Part shown: one piece after another, positions 61,803-64,000 of the stretch
How the letters are laid out: each line of letters starts with the position of its first letter
Position numbering within the stretch: position 1 is the stretch's first letter
NCBI RefSeq assembly: GCF_963676685.1
Contig: NC_092350.1
Location: forward strand, 40,486,001 to 40,550,000
Source: Mytilus edulis
Lineage: Eukaryota
Direction: 5' to 3'
Length of the DNA: 64,000 nt
The notes under the pieces: model-generated
Database searches by the model: none
What the model was told of the DNA's origin: nothing
Seen by the model: the letters and a program-made list of their open reading frames with translations, nothing else
Made by a program: the position numbers and the translations under genes

Positions 61803-63209
61803 CTGCAAATTAAAAAATGTACTGTATTTTTTCATTAATTGGTAGATTTCTAGTTTTTTTTTTTATTTCTTTGTTTTCATTCTTTCTTTTTTAGTCACAT
61901 GATAACCCATATCCTGTTGATGTTGGTCATATGAATATAGTGGTATGTTTTTGATGTTGTAAAACAAATGCATAAGATCTAAAGAATGTTGAACTTACTG
62001 TACTATGTTGTGTGAACTCTCAAAAGTAAGTGATAAGGCCTGGCAGATATAGCTATGAAGCCAGATATAAAAGTTTTAAATGCCTTTCATTCAATCTTCA
62101 CCCCCAAATTTGTATAAAAATTATCAATTATCATTGTTCATATTCTTCATTTGTTTTTGTTTTTACTTTATATCTTACCTCTTTCCAACTAGCTTAATAC
62201 CAAGCTGTTTTCCTTTCTCTTTGGTCAGAGTTATCTTCAATATTTCTAAAGAAAGACAATTAAATAGATTTCAATATGTTGCTATCTATATATGTAGGAC
62301 TCGGAAGTGTGATGGGGACACTGAAGTGTGATGGTCATGCTGAAGTGCGATGGTCTGGCATGACGTTTGAGTATTGTGACGTTTTTATATGCTTTAATAT
62401 ATCACAATATCAGAAACAAACATGTTCACAAATACAAATTTTGAATTGTCTCCCCATTGTTCCAAAACAAAAATATTCATATAAGATTGTATATCTATTG
62501 TTGAAGGCGTACTATAGCCTATAATTGCTTAGATTAACATCATTTTACCTTTGGTGGATAGTCTCATTGGCAATCATACCACATCTCCTCAGTTTCATAC
62601 TATAGGAAATCATATTGCAAATCTGTCAAAAGTTCAAAAGTAAACATTACATTTTGTACTTTGGTCAAATGTTAATTAGAAATATGTCAATCTCTATTTG
62701 CCCATATCAAAAACGTTCCTAATGAATGAACTTCAAAAAATCTATGAACTGCTACAAGATATAAATGTTATGTCTGAAACCTACAATGCAAGCTGCATTT
62801 AAGAAGCAGCCAGACATCTTCAAACCTAAACTTTAACACACACAAAGCTTCACATGCAGAGAGATTTGAGAAGGTAAACTTATGTAAGGGACATAACTCT
62901 GCAATATCACTGGTACATTTTGTTAACCATTTTCATACATATATTGTGAGCCTCCAGATTAAATTGATTTGGTGTTATATGATTGATGGAATCAACTATT
63001 ACAAAAGAATAATCTCCCATAATTCACTGATGATAATGAGCCTGAAATATCATTTTGTAATGTAAGACTCATTGTGAAGGAAATATAAAACCTTTTACTA
63101 GAATCAGTACTTGTTCAATTGGGTATTTCTTTTTTTTTATTTTGCAACATGAATTGGCCAATTGAACAAATAAAATAGCTATTGTTTCCTGTTAAAGAGA
63201 ATTTTTAAT

Positions 63210-64000
63210 TTCTACTTGGATAAAATGCTCCGCAGGGCGCAGCTTGATAGGACCGCAGAGGTTGAACCCTGAACAGTTGGGGCAAGTATATGGACACAAC
63301 ATTCAAGCTTGACACAGCTCTGAATTTGGATTGTGATTAAATAGTTGACACAGCATAGGTTTCTGACACAAAATGAATGTGGTCTAAGAACTTAAAAATT
63401 TTGAATTGGACTTTTATTTTTTATGGTCTAATATCCAAAATCTAAATACAAGGTTAGATTCAGCATATCAAAGAACCCCAAGAATTCAATTTTTGATGAA
63501 ATCAAATAAAGTTCAATTTTGGACCCTTTAGACATCAATGTTGACCAGTTTGATAAATGGGCCCAAATATCAAAAATCTAAAAACATGGTTAGATTCTGT
63601 ATATCAAAGATCCCCATATATTCAATTTTTGTTGAAATCAAGTTTTAAAAGTTTAACTTTTGACCCCAATTTGGACCAACTTGAAAACGAGGCCCATAAT
63701 CAATAATCTAAGGACATGTTCAGATTCAGCATATCAAAGAACCCCAAGAATTCACCTTTTGTTAAAATCAAACAAAGTTTAATTGTGGACCCTTTAGACA
63801 TCAATATTGACCAGTTTGATAAACGGGACCAAATATCAAAAATCTAAAAACATAGTTAGAATCTGTATCTCAAAGATCCCCATATATTCAATTTTTGTTG
63901 AAATCAAGTTTAAAAAGTTTAACTTTTGACCCCGATTTGGACCAACTTGAAAACGAGGCCCATAATCAAAAATCTAGGGACATGTTCAGATTCAGCATAT
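63210..64000 (+). repeat. Satellite-like tandem array with 266-bp dimeric period (136+130 bp subunits), probably inside a HINE-type element
   Basis: gattcagcatat at 63457, 63723, 63989, alternating with the gattctgtatatc variant at 63593 and ~63858; GC-richer leader at 63225-63290. Confidence 0.7.

Noticed and set aside
62300-62356. Three 19-bp repeats gaagtgtgatgg as an exon or CRISPR
   Set aside because: Too short, no splice-consistent PDZ sequence and no spacers; probably a transposon-end relic.

Overview
AT-rich eukaryotic (animal) genomic DNA with spliceosomal introns. The gene content and repeat landscape suggest a bivalve mollusc, probably Mytilus; this is an inference. The left ~40 kb is a tandem array of RING-less TRIM-like genes (B-box x2, coiled coil, NHL-type beta-propeller) on the minus strand: 3 intact, 1 running off the window edge, 2 truncated. 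Most copies have a conserved 5' non-coding exon/promoter; N-termini are near-identical while propellers are strongly diverged and mosaic. Inside the array is an apparently intact tyrosine-recombinase retrotransposon (PAT-like DIRS; gag, RT-RNaseH-methyltransferase-like, YR; split direct repeats A1..B1-A2..B2 with a TTAA junction), nested in a MITE. At 41.1-42.5 kb is a ~441-bp tandem repeat in which each unit carries a minimal hammerhead ribozyme motif followed by a tRNA-like Pol III promoter (retrozyme-like), next to a Penelope GIY-YIG fragment with its own hammerhead variant. The right part holds a class A GPCR with an intronless CDS and the last seven coding exons of an LNX-type multi-PDZ gene. 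Many MITEs, Helentron-type non-autonomous elements and decayed LINE/PLE fragments are interspersed. All identities and alignments were judged by eye.
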